A stretch of 60,370 bases of DNA from Methanosarcina sp. (GTDB lineage: Archaea > Halobacteriota > Methanosarcinia > Methanosarcinales > Methanosarcinaceae): assembly GCA_024280975.1 (NCBI GenBank), contig JAMXLQ010000111.1:1-60370 (forward strand). Direction: 5' to 3'. Made by a program: the position numbers and the translations under genes. The notes below the pieces were generated by a model. The model made no database searches, was not told the origin of the DNA, and worked only from the letters and a program-made list of their open reading frames with translations. Of the stretch, positions 51,066-59,269 are shown in pieces (position 1 is the first letter of the stretch; every line of letters starts with the position of its first letter).

Positions 51066-51151
51066 CTTTGTTGCGCTTCCTTTTACATTTCAGTATATAT
51101 TAATTGCCTTAAAACTATTTATAGTTTTCCTTAAAACAGAAACGAAAAAAA

Positions 51152-51331
51152 TTAGTCACGTAGAACAAGGATTATAACTTTCTTTCCAGAGTAGGCACTA
51201 GAAGTATAACACATCCCGGTACTACCTATTTCAGTTGGTATTTCTGCTTCAATGTCCTTTCTATGAAAGGTTATAGTCCCTGGGTCGTTTTCATCATAAG
51301 TGATTATTTTTTCGTTTCTTGGGCGGGGCAT
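51152..51331 (-). CDS. DUF2080/AbrB-like microprotein
   Basis: Read by hand: ...IGSTGMCYTSSAYSGKKVIILVL; GGAGTGA SD. Confidence 0.65.
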   Translation of the reverse strand: MPRPRNEKIITYDENDPGTITFHRKDIEAEIPTEIGSTGMCYTSSAYSGKKVIILVLRD

Positions 51332-51335
51332 TATC

Positions 51336-51791
51336 TCACTCCTTCAGATTTACCAACATTTCTAAAACGTCTTTGTATGCTTGATATTTACCAGCATAGA
51401 ACGTCTGCGCTTTTTTAGATCTATAATTATTCTGCCAAACAAAAGCATCGTTTAATAAATATTCAATGTCTGAAATAATTTCTTTTATGTCCTTTTTTGA
51501 TCTTTTTTCGTTTAATTCTTTAAAATATATTACCATTTCTTCATTTAATCTTTGTATACCATCAAATGTTCCCTTGTGTGCTTTTATATGGCAACTTTGA
51601 CAAAGAGCCACGAGATTGCTTAAGCTTTGCTCACCGCCTGCAGATAATGGGATGACGTGGTGAATATGTTCATATTCGTTTCCGCAATAATCACATTTTT
51701 TATTCGCTCGTTTTGCCGCCTCGTATAGAAAATAATATGATCTCCGCTTCGATTCTATCCAGTTCGTTTCTGATTTTTTATTGTTTATCAT
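51336..51791 (-). CDS. HNH endonuclease
   Basis: CDYCG...HIHHVIPLSAGG...NLVALCQSCH. Confidence 0.9.
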   Translation of the reverse strand: MINNKKSETNWIESKRRSYYFLYEAAKRANKKCDYCGNEYEHIHHVIPLSAGGEQSLSNLVALCQSCHIKAHKGTFDGIQRLNEEMVIYFKELNEKRSKKDIKEIISDIEYLLNDAFVWQNNYRSKKAQTFYAGKYQAYKDVLEMLVNLKE

Positions 51792-51820
51792 ATATCCTCA
51801 GAAAAGAGGAATTAGTCTTC

Positions 51821-52066
51821 CTATCTGACTACTTTATAAAGAGCTTCGCCGTTCTTTATGTATCCGTTCTCGTCATACCCTCTTATCGAGTCTTCAGTAA
51901 CTCTCAGGTCGAATTCTTCATCTAGATCTTCAGCGTTTCTCTGGATGTCTTCTATAGCGTATTCGATTAACTGCGGTTCAGTTGCATTAGTCTTAACTAG
52001 GATATCTTCGTAGTTGTTAAGCTCCGCGAGTTTTTCAAGAGCTTTAATCATTGTCATGTATGTCAT
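51821..52066 (-). CDS. Acidic hypothetical protein
   Basis: GGAGG SD, own promoter. Confidence 0.7.
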   Translation of the reverse strand: MTYMTMIKALEKLAELNNYEDILVKTNATEPQLIEYAIEDIQRNAEDLDEEFDLRVTEDSIRGYDENGYIKNGEALYKVVR

Positions 52067-52299
52067 CTTCTTTTTCCTCCTCGTCTCAGGGCTATTTTAC
52101 CCTGCTACAAATAATAATTATCATTAAAACTATAAATAGTTTTCCTAATAATAAAGTAAAACTTTCGTCAATTGACTTACTCACATCACAAAATCGTGTT
52201 AAAATATTTTTAAAGCTTTATATCAATCATCTGGTTTTTGATTTTCCTTGATAAACATCTCGATTGAGTTTTGTATATACCCTCAAAAGATGATCAAAT

Positions 52300-53709
52300 A
52301 TGCCAGTAATCCCCATCCTCCCCTCTGTAGATAGTTCAAATGCCCTGCAAAAAATAATAGACAATCAAGGCAATAATTCCGCGACTTTCCAGTTTGATCC
52401 AGATTGCCATATTACAATTACTTCCAGAATCAGATTATATAATAATCAAGAGTTTGATGGACATGGCGCAGCTTTTGAACTTATGGAGCATGCCAGAACT
52501 ACTATTTTTGGTGAACAAATCCCCCTAATTGGCTCTAAATTTTCAAATAATATAACTTGTCTCAAGATTCACGATCTCAAATTTAAAGGGAACCGAGACA
52601 CTCAGAAATACATTCCGGATCAAAAAAGCCCTTGGGGAAAGGGGTATCATACTTTTATCAATCTCGGAGTCTTGAAAAATCCTATTCCCTCGAACGTTAC
52701 TGATTGTGAATTTTATAATCTTGACTTTTCAGATAACCTCGGAGATGGCCTGACAATCTACGGAGGCTCAAATATTGTTACTCGTGATATTACAGGTCAT
52801 AGAGGAGGCCATGACATTGTATGTTATGTCTGTGTTTCTGGAGGAGAAATTGCCCGGATAAAGGCAGATCTCGCAGTTAACGCGGGAGCGCGTACCCGCT
52901 CATGTTTTGATATAAAAATTCACGATTGCGAGCTTAACGGGAATACAGGGATTGCCTATTGCCCTGGAATTCAGATTGAATCAATTACTCCTAATAAGAC
53001 ATCCGATCTGATCGAGGTCTACAGTAACAAAATCTCAGGCACTTACGGACCTGGAATCTGGATCATAGGAGATGTGCCTAATAACGGCATTGCGCAGGTC
53101 CATCATAATCTTTTGGCCAATTGCGGCCAGATGCCTGCAGGCAATAAGATCGCGGGAGTTGGTGCTGTTGTCTATGATGGCTTTAACGTGGATCTGAAGA
53201 ATAACACGGTAGTAAATTCAAAGGGGTATGGTTTTCTGGCAGGAACTTATGCCGGAGGTACTAAATACCCGTATAAGGCCACTATCCGGAAAAATATTAT
53301 TGTTGGTACCAAGGTCTCAAACTACCCCGGCCTGATGTCCGGTGCTGCCCTGGCGGACCTTACGGGCAGATACTCGATAAGCGCTTCTGAAAACTGTCTA
53401 AACGGGAATGTAACGAATTACCATAAAGTAACTTCTTCTTCTGACGTACTGGCTGACCCTTGTTTTATGGGCCCAGACAATTATCATCTTAAGTCAATGC
53501 CGAAGGCTCCTTGTGTTTTCAAAGAAGGGTATGAGCTCGGCTGCTATGATGGAACCATAGGAGCGGCTGAATATATTCCTCCATATCCTCCTGCTGTAAC
53601 AATTTCACAGGGAACTCCTGAACTCTTAAAGGCGCTTGTGGCCTTCTGGATTGAAAGGGGAGATATCGAACCTTCTGACATTGTAGGATACAAAAATATG
53701 GAAGGGTAG
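52300..53709 (+). CDS. Disaggregatase-like beta-helix enzyme without signal peptide (candidate lysin)
   Basis: WGKGYH, LGDG, GGHD, PGIQIE, IEVYSNKISGTYGPGIW, YHLKS. Confidence 0.8.
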   Translation: MPVIPILPSVDSSNALQKIIDNQGNNSATFQFDPDCHITITSRIRLYNNQEFDGHGAAFELMEHARTTIFGEQIPLIGSKFSNNITCLKIHDLKFKGNRDTQKYIPDQKSPWGKGYHTFINLGVLKNPIPSNVTDCEFYNLDFSDNLGDGLTIYGGSNIVTRDITGHRGGHDIVCYVCVSGGEIARIKADLAVNAGARTRSCFDIKIHDCELNGNTGIAYCPGIQIESITPNKTSDLIEVYSNKISGTYGPGIWIIGDVPNNGIAQVHHNLLANCGQMPAGNKIAGVGAVVYDGFNVDLKNNTVVNSKGYGFLAGTYAGGTKYPYKATIRKNIIVGTKVSNYPGLMSGAALADLTGRYSISASENCLNGNVTNYHKVTSSSDVLADPCFMGPDNYHLKSMPKAPCVFKEGYELGCYDGTIGAAEYIPPYPPAVTISQGTPELLKALVAFWIERGDIEPSDIVGYKNMEG

Positions 53710-53710
53710 A

Positions 53711-54133
53711 ATGTCATGCGGATACTGTCACAAATACGTAGCAGATGAGGACTACCCTAAACTTTTCGGAACATGTAATAAACTCTTAAAAATTGTTGCT
53801 TTTCATAGCATCTGCTTGATCAGATCCCGACAAATCCCTTCAGCCCCTAGCACTGGCACTATAACCGGAACAGTAATTGACAATTCAACAGGCAGCCCTT
53901 TACAGGGCGCTGAAGTTCTCGTTACTGACTTCGCAGGAAATACAGTAACGGGAATCACTGACGGAAACGGAAATTTTCAGATTGAAGCTGCGGCTGGTGA
54001 GAACAGGATAAATAATATTGTATTTAATGGCGCCACAATCAACATTTCAGAAATTGTGATCAATGTAGCTGCCGGACAGATCAATAATATAGGGATGATG
54101 GGAGTCGATAGGATTTGGACAAGTACTTTCTAA
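53711..54133 (+). CDS. Carboxypeptidase-regulatory-like domain protein with Cys N-terminus
   Basis: GTITGTVID..TG.PL.GA.V...TD.NGNF. Confidence 0.75.
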   Translation: MSCGYCHKYVADEDYPKLFGTCNKLLKIVAFHSICLIRSRQIPSAPSTGTITGTVIDNSTGSPLQGAEVLVTDFAGNTVTGITDGNGNFQIEAAAGENRINNIVFNGATINISEIVINVAAGQINNIGMMGVDRIWTSTF

Positions 54134-54304
54134 ATTTGCCAACTATTGAAAAAATCATGTTTATAACAGTGGTAATTTTATCAACCTTATTATTTTTCAT
54201 CGAAATTTCAAAATAAAAAGGAGGTGGCAGATTATAACAACGATAAGGCAACTGATTTCAAATTTTGTAATGTTTGTTAAACAGTCCTTGACTTAGGGGA
54301 TAAA

Positions 54305-54697
54305 ATGATAATAACAATTGATACGGAAAGTGCAGCAGGATTTATAGCAGGTCTGATAACCATTGTCGGTGGCACTTATGGATATTTGAAAGGGAAGGGT
54401 TATTGGGATATCTGGAAAACGAAGTTGACTGCAGTTTCTTTCGAAGAAGCGCAGGCAATCAAAAAACAGAATGGCAATGCCCTGAATAAACTCGAGTTGC
54501 CTGATGAGTTCATAGACCTGCTTCAGAAATATTCATCTGATGCAGAAGGTAAGGTCGATGCTGACAAGTTTATCAATATTCTTAAGGACTATCGAAAAAT
54601 TATGATACTTATAACTTTGAATAAAAGCTTAACCGATCCTGAAAAAAAGGAATGTAGTGACATTCTTTTGAAAATTATAGCTAATTATAAGAAATGA
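54305..54697 (+). CDS. Single-TM membrane protein (lysis cassette)
   Basis: N-terminal TM segment. Confidence 0.65.
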   Translation: MIITIDTESAAGFIAGLITIVGGTYGYLKGKGYWDIWKTKLTAVSFEEAQAIKKQNGNALNKLELPDEFIDLLQKYSSDAEGKVDADKFINILKDYRKIMILITLNKSLTDPEKKECSDILLKIIANYKK

Positions 54698-54957
54698 AGG
54701 AGGCGAAAAGAACGGATCTCAACATAACAATAAATGGACAGGGATTGTCGGCTTTCGATTGGAAACCCGCAGCCGTTTTAGTTATAGCTCTAATTTATTT
54801 AGGAATAAAAATTTATCTAGGGGAAGTCAAGAACCTTGATACAGAACTTGATCTGGCTATCTCGTTTGGTCTCGTTGTTGTTGCGACGCTGACTAATAAG
54901 CTAGGGACTCAGAAAGTTCAGCAGCCTGTAGTAGAGCAGCAGCCTCCGGCGCAGTAG
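54694..54957 (+). CDS. Two-TM holin-like protein
   Basis: Two hydrophobic helices; T-rich terminator follows. Confidence 0.55.
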   Translation: MKEAKRTDLNITINGQGLSAFDWKPAAVLVIALIYLGIKIYLGEVKNLDTELDLAISFGLVVVATLTNKLGTQKVQQPVVEQQPPAQ

Positions 54958-55028
54958 TTAATTTTTATTTTATTTTATTTTTTAATGTAGGTAAGTTTAT
55001 ATAAGATAGTTACTATAGATAAGTCTAT

Positions 55029-55184
55029 ATGAACGAAACTAGTGTAGAACCAGACGTTATAAATAAATTAAAATGCTCTAGGTGTGGTTATTCTTGGTTC
55101 CCAAGAGGACAAAACCTTCCTAAAAACTGCCCTGGGTGTAATAGTCCGTATTGGAATAAAGCAAGAGTGAGAAAAAGAAAATAA
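55029..55184 (+). CDS. Zn-finger microprotein (leaderless)
   Basis: Read by hand: CSRCGYSWFPR...PKNCPGCNSPYWNK; TTTATATA upstream. Confidence 0.8.
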   Translation: MNETSVEPDVINKLKCSRCGYSWFPRGQNLPKNCPGCNSPYWNKARVRKRK

Positions 55185-55351
55185 GAATAGAATGAGATTG
55201 ATTGAGGCCCCAGCCTGGACCGCCAAAGCCCCAGAAGATCCCCTGTGTAAGAGGTATTAGCAATGAGACTATACGCTATTTCTACTTATAGATTTTTCCA
55301 TCAAACGTGTGATAGATTTTTAACCCTCCCTCCTTTATCGAAGGTCTTTTT

Positions 55352-55882
55352 ATGACGGTAAAGAGAGGAAGACCTAGAAACCCTGACCGCGTCATGATGG
55401 AAGCTACTCTGGTGAGGGATTCTATAGAGCAGATGCAGCTTTTAGAGGCTTCTGGACACACTCACTCAGAAGCTTACCGTCTGGGCTCCAGAATACTCAC
55501 GAAAACAAAGACTCCTATAGGCTTGAAGATTGAAGAAATACAAGCCATGTTAGATAACGAAGAACTTTTGATTCAAGAAGCTCTAGAGAGAAAGCAGGCT
55601 TTACTTAATGAAATCAAGGAACTTGAATTAAAGACATCTCAAGAGCAAGAAGCAAAGAAGAATCTCGAATCAATAATTGAAGTCATGGCTAACAGGCTCA
55701 ACACCATCAAAAAAGATGTCAGAAGGAACGACCCGTATAAGAAATATAAGCTAGAAGGAGCTTTAACATTAGTTCCGGAAGGGTCCATCACTTACTCAGA
55801 GCTTGAAAACTTCCTCAAGATGGAAGCAGGAGTTCCAGATATTGACGAAATAAGAGCTTTTATTAGAAGTAAATTAATTTAA
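55352..55882 (+). CDS. RGRP/coiled-coil DNA-binding protein, paralogue of 6545-7051
   Basis: KRGRP, IKELE, LENFL...P...IRAF. Confidence 0.75.
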   Translation: MTVKRGRPRNPDRVMMEATLVRDSIEQMQLLEASGHTHSEAYRLGSRILTKTKTPIGLKIEEIQAMLDNEELLIQEALERKQALLNEIKELELKTSQEQEAKKNLESIIEVMANRLNTIKKDVRRNDPYKKYKLEGALTLVPEGSITYSELENFLKMEAGVPDIDEIRAFIRSKLI

Positions 55883-55914
55883 TCCTTTTTTCATTTTTGT
55901 TAACCGTGCTACTC

Positions 55915-56082
55915 TGTTTCTGTTAACCCCCTGGCTTCTCAAGGAACTTTATTTTCTATTTCTATATATCGTTTTTTGAATTACATTATATTATATTATA
56001 TTATATCATTTAATTCAGTATAGTAGTATAGTATAGATCCTTTTGAGTTAGAGAAGAAATAAGGGGGTTAGAGGTAGAAACA
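55915..56082. other. Candidate origin 2 or centromere-like region
   Basis: Inverted repeat TAACCCCCT/AGGGGGTTA with extra arms around (TTATA)4 and AGTAT repeats. Confidence 0.5.
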
Positions 56083-56600
56083 TATAAGCCTCTCTATAAA
56101 GTCCTCTCAGAAAGCCTCTAATACAATCCCACAAAGCTCTAAAATCACTAAAAATTGTTTCCCAAATAGAGAATTAAAACCGATATACGCTATTTTAAGC
56201 CTCTTGGTAACGGTTTTACCCGTAACTATGTGTTTCTAAATCTTTTTTTCTATTAAATAACTATCTCATCGAAGAGAAAGCCCGTATTCTTATAGTCTCT
56301 GTAACAATTTTGTTTTGTGAAACATAGCCCCCGAAATCAGCTATTTTCCAGAGAGAAAGTTTCAAAAACTGCCGTTTTCCATGAAACGTTATCTATTGAC
56401 ATTGTGCTGATTTTTCAGCTTATCCTTTTTGTGATAACACAATTTTGTACTTTTAGTTTTTATATGTACGAACTTATACATTTTGATAAGAAAGTGAAAT
56501 TTTTAAATGTTTTAAAGTGTACGAACTAATACATTTGCAACGACTAATTATAAAGAGAATAATCAACCTTTATATATAATAGAGTGTTAATTAATTTCTT

Positions 56601-56753
56601 ATGTCTGGAGTATTTACCTCACTGGATCAGGACGAATGGAAAGAGCTTCCCGATAGGCATGTTTCGAAATCCGGTAATGTTTATGCGGGATTGGATTATA
56701 GAAAAGATTTCGAGGTTAAGGTTTTTGTGAAGAGGATTCCAAAAACTTCATAA
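56601..56753 (+). CDS. DUF2080/AbrB-like microprotein
   Basis: Read by hand: MSGVFTSLDQDEWKEL...VSKSGNVYAG...VKVFVK; TATA upstream. Confidence 0.7.
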   Translation: MSGVFTSLDQDEWKELPDRHVSKSGNVYAGLDYRKDFEVKVFVKRIPKTS

Positions 56754-56766
56754 ATCATTATGGCTC

Positions 56767-57168
56767 TTGGTCACCATGCCCGAAAGAACATCAAAAAAGA
56801 TCGGGGCATGGATTCCCCCAGATCTGTACGACAAACTTCAGAGCCTGGGATATCTAGGGGGACGGGTCACCCAAACGGACACAATCATAAAAGCTTTAGA
56901 ACTTTTAATCAGGGAGACAGAGCGGGAGACAGTTGGGACACTTCTGGGAGACATCCGGGAGCCTATGGGAGACATGCCCCAAGCGGGGGAACTTCGGGCA
57001 CGACTTGAAGAGAAAGATAATCATATCGAGACACTAAAAGCAGAAGTAGAGCGCATCTCCCAAATGTACGACCTACACGTAAAACAGACACAAACACTCA
57101 TAAATCAATTAAACGATACGAGAAAATTAATCGAAGCTCCTAAAAAGCCAAGATGGAAGTTTTGGTAA
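56767..57168 (+). CDS. RHH/coiled-coil plasmid-type accessory protein
   Basis: RHH-like N-terminus, coiled coil, C-terminal KKPRWKFW; likely ATG 56776. Confidence 0.7.
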   Translation: MVTMPERTSKKIGAWIPPDLYDKLQSLGYLGGRVTQTDTIIKALELLIRETERETVGTLLGDIREPMGDMPQAGELRARLEEKDNHIETLKAEVERISQMYDLHVKQTQTLINQLNDTRKLIEAPKKPRWKFW

Positions 57169-57260
57169 TATCAAAGAATACGATTATTTATGAAAAAAGT
57201 ATATTAAAATACTAACATTATATAAAAACATATATATACAAAATGAGATTTTTTTATTTT

Positions 57261-57314
57261 TGCTCGCAGCGGAAGACATCCCTAGCCACCGGAAACGCCT
57301 TTCCGTTGTGAGTA
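57261..57314 (+). ncRNA. Candidate small RNA hairpin
   Basis: 15-bp stem with G-U pairs on the + strand, about 25 nt after a TATA box. Confidence 0.4.
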
Positions 57315-57351
57315 CATATACTCATTTGATTTTCTATTTATGTATTTCCTT

Positions 57352-57507
57352 TTATTCTTCCTGTATTAATCCATCTACTCTTATCTGTTTTACTTTGTGG
57401 TCTTTTATTTCCTCCTCTTTTTGAGTTTTTGTCGATTCCACACAATCGAGTTCTATTTCATGTTTCGATGGTTTCCCACAATGGGGGCAATTCACGTTTA
57501 CTAGCAC
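57352..57507 (-). CDS. CPxCG microprotein
   Basis: Read by hand: VLVNVNCPHCGKP... Confidence 0.5.
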   Translation of the reverse strand: MLVNVNCPHCGKPSKHEIELDCVESTKTQKEEEIKDHKVKQIRVDGLIQEE

Positions 57508-57652
57508 GTCGTCACTTCCAGAAAATTTACCATTCGAAAAATGTTAATTTGGTATAAAGATTTTTTGATATTTTATTATTGATTTTAAAAAGAGAACAGT
57601 GGAACTAATAACAGGAATTGTTATAAAAGAGAAGGTAAGCGGTATAAAAGTA

Positions 57653-57838
57653 TTATCTGAGAGTATAATGTTCTTCCTTTTCCCCATAATTTTTCATATA
57701 TTGTTTCAAAGCTTTAGAAACGAGGTCGGACATATCTTTAAATTCGTTATGCTGCTTCAAAAAATCAAGCGCTTCTTCTTTTAAACTCGGTTGCACGGTT
57801 GAGTTTATTTGTGCTTTTTTTCGTACAGTTTTAGGCAT
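57653..57838 (-). CDS. Ribbon-helix-helix regulator
   Basis: INSTV...EFKDMSDLVSKAL..YM. Confidence 0.75.
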   Translation of the reverse strand: MPKTVRKKAQINSTVQPSLKEEALDFLKQHNEFKDMSDLVSKALKQYMKNYGEKEEHYTLR

Positions 57839-57973
57839 GGTTTTGTAACTGTGTTATCACTGTATATAATAGTTTGGTTAACAAACGTTACGATACGTTA
57901 ATTATAAATACTTCTACGTCTTATTATGTTGTACTACAACGCATTACGACGTAACATAAAAATAGTGGTAAAA

Positions 57974-58129
57974 ATGACTAAATTAATTGGAGTGAGATTT
58001 CCAAACCGTATGGCTGATGAGATTGCGGGGATGGTCGATGGAGAGAATTATATGAGCTCCCCGGATGTCGTGAGAGATCTCGTTCGTGAAGCTTTGAAAG
58101 CAAGAAAAATGAAAGTTATTGCAAAATGA
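57974..58129 (+). CDS. Ribbon-helix-helix (CopG-like) regulator
   Basis: IGVRFP...YMSSPDVVRDLVRE. Confidence 0.8.
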   Translation: MTKLIGVRFPNRMADEIAGMVDGENYMSSPDVVRDLVREALKARKMKVIAK

Positions 58130-58139
58130 GAGTGTGAAA

Positions 58140-58529
58140 ATGCCCAACATAAAAACCCCAGACGTGAATACTGCATTCCAGATGGATAAAACATTCTTTG
58201 GAGATGTAGTTCTCGATGCTGAAGAATGCATACCTGGAAACTCATATTCGTTTCTGATGCCAGGAGACGCGGTTTAATGCTTGATTTCGAAGAATATCTC
58301 AGCCTATGTCCTACCGACCTGAGAGACTACTTTGAAATTAATGATGCTGTGAAAGCCAGTTTTGGAAGATATCTAAAAGGAAAAGGAGTGGTTTCTGATG
58401 CTGGAAACTGAAGAACTTGAAGCTATCATAGTTTTTCGTGACATGCCAGCCGATGAGCTTGAACAACTCAGAAAAGCAAATCCTGCAATAGCCGCAACGG
58501 TAGAGCTTACCAAAAAAATATTTGGTTAA
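58140..58529 (+). CDS. Three coupled microproteins (58140-58277, 58277-58411, 58398-58529)
   Basis: Read by hand; overlapping start/stop codons and SD sites. Confidence 0.45.
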
Positions 58530-58542
58530 ATTTTTTCACAGT

Positions 58543-58634
58543 GAGTCGAAACAATGTTGTTTCTTTCCTAAGTTGACCGATTGTGGAAATGAACACTAAT
58601 CAAACATTGGCCGGTTCAAGTCCGGTTCGACTCT
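58543..58634 (+). ncRNA. tRNA-like RNA lacking D arm and anticodon arm
   Basis: Acceptor GAGTCGA/TCGACTC, T arm GCCGG-TTCAAGT-CCGGT, long internal hairpin. Confidence 0.65.
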
Positions 58635-58708
58635 TCATAATAAACTTCAGCAACTGGGTTTCGTCGGCCTGGTTGCTTTTCCTCCGTTCAAAATTAAAAG
58701 GTGATTGT

Positions 58709-59269
58709 ATGACAAGCTCCGAATCAAACAACCAAAAAATAGAAGAGGTCTTTAAGATGTTAAATGACTTCCCCGCTTATAGGATATCTAATTTTGGGAG
58801 AATTCAGAGTAGGTGGGTAACTAGAGCTTGTTATGATGGATTCAAGGTCGAAGATGTTTGGAATGATCTGACCCCTGGCAATGATGGGAATGGATACCCC
58901 CAAGTCGTATTATGTGACGGGTATGGTAAGAAAAGGACTACCAGAGTACATAATTTAGTTGCTAAATATTTTTTAGGTCCAAAGCCTCACAAATCAATGA
59001 TAGTTCGACATGTAGACAGTAATCCATCGAATAACCATGTATCAAATCTTGCATACGGGACTTACACCGATAACGAAAACGATAAGATATCAAACGGTAC
59101 CTGGAATACCAGAAACGGTGGAGCGAAAATAACTCCCAAACAAGTTAAAGAGATCCGAGAGAAATTGAAATCGGGTTCCTCGCAGGAAGATTTAGCTTCA
59201 GAATACTGTGTTTCAAGACCTACCATTAACAGAATTTCCAATAATAAAATTTGGAGGGAAGTTGTATGA
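58709..59269 (+). CDS. NUMOD4-HNH homing endonuclease with C-terminal HTH
   Basis: YRISNFGRIQS, VHNLVA, RHVDSNPSNNHVSNL; GGTGA SD before ATG 58709. Confidence 0.88.
   Translation: MTSSESNNQKIEEVFKMLNDFPAYRISNFGRIQSRWVTRACYDGFKVEDVWNDLTPGNDGNGYPQVVLCDGYGKKRTTRVHNLVAKYFLGPKPHKSMIVRHVDSNPSNNHVSNLAYGTYTDNENDKISNGTWNTRNGGAKITPKQVKEIREKLKSGSSQEDLASEYCVSRPTINRISNNKIWREVV

Noticed and set aside
58583-58708. N-terminal extension of the HNH ORF in the ORF track
   Set aside because: Overlaps the tRNA-like RNA; the SD supports ATG 58709
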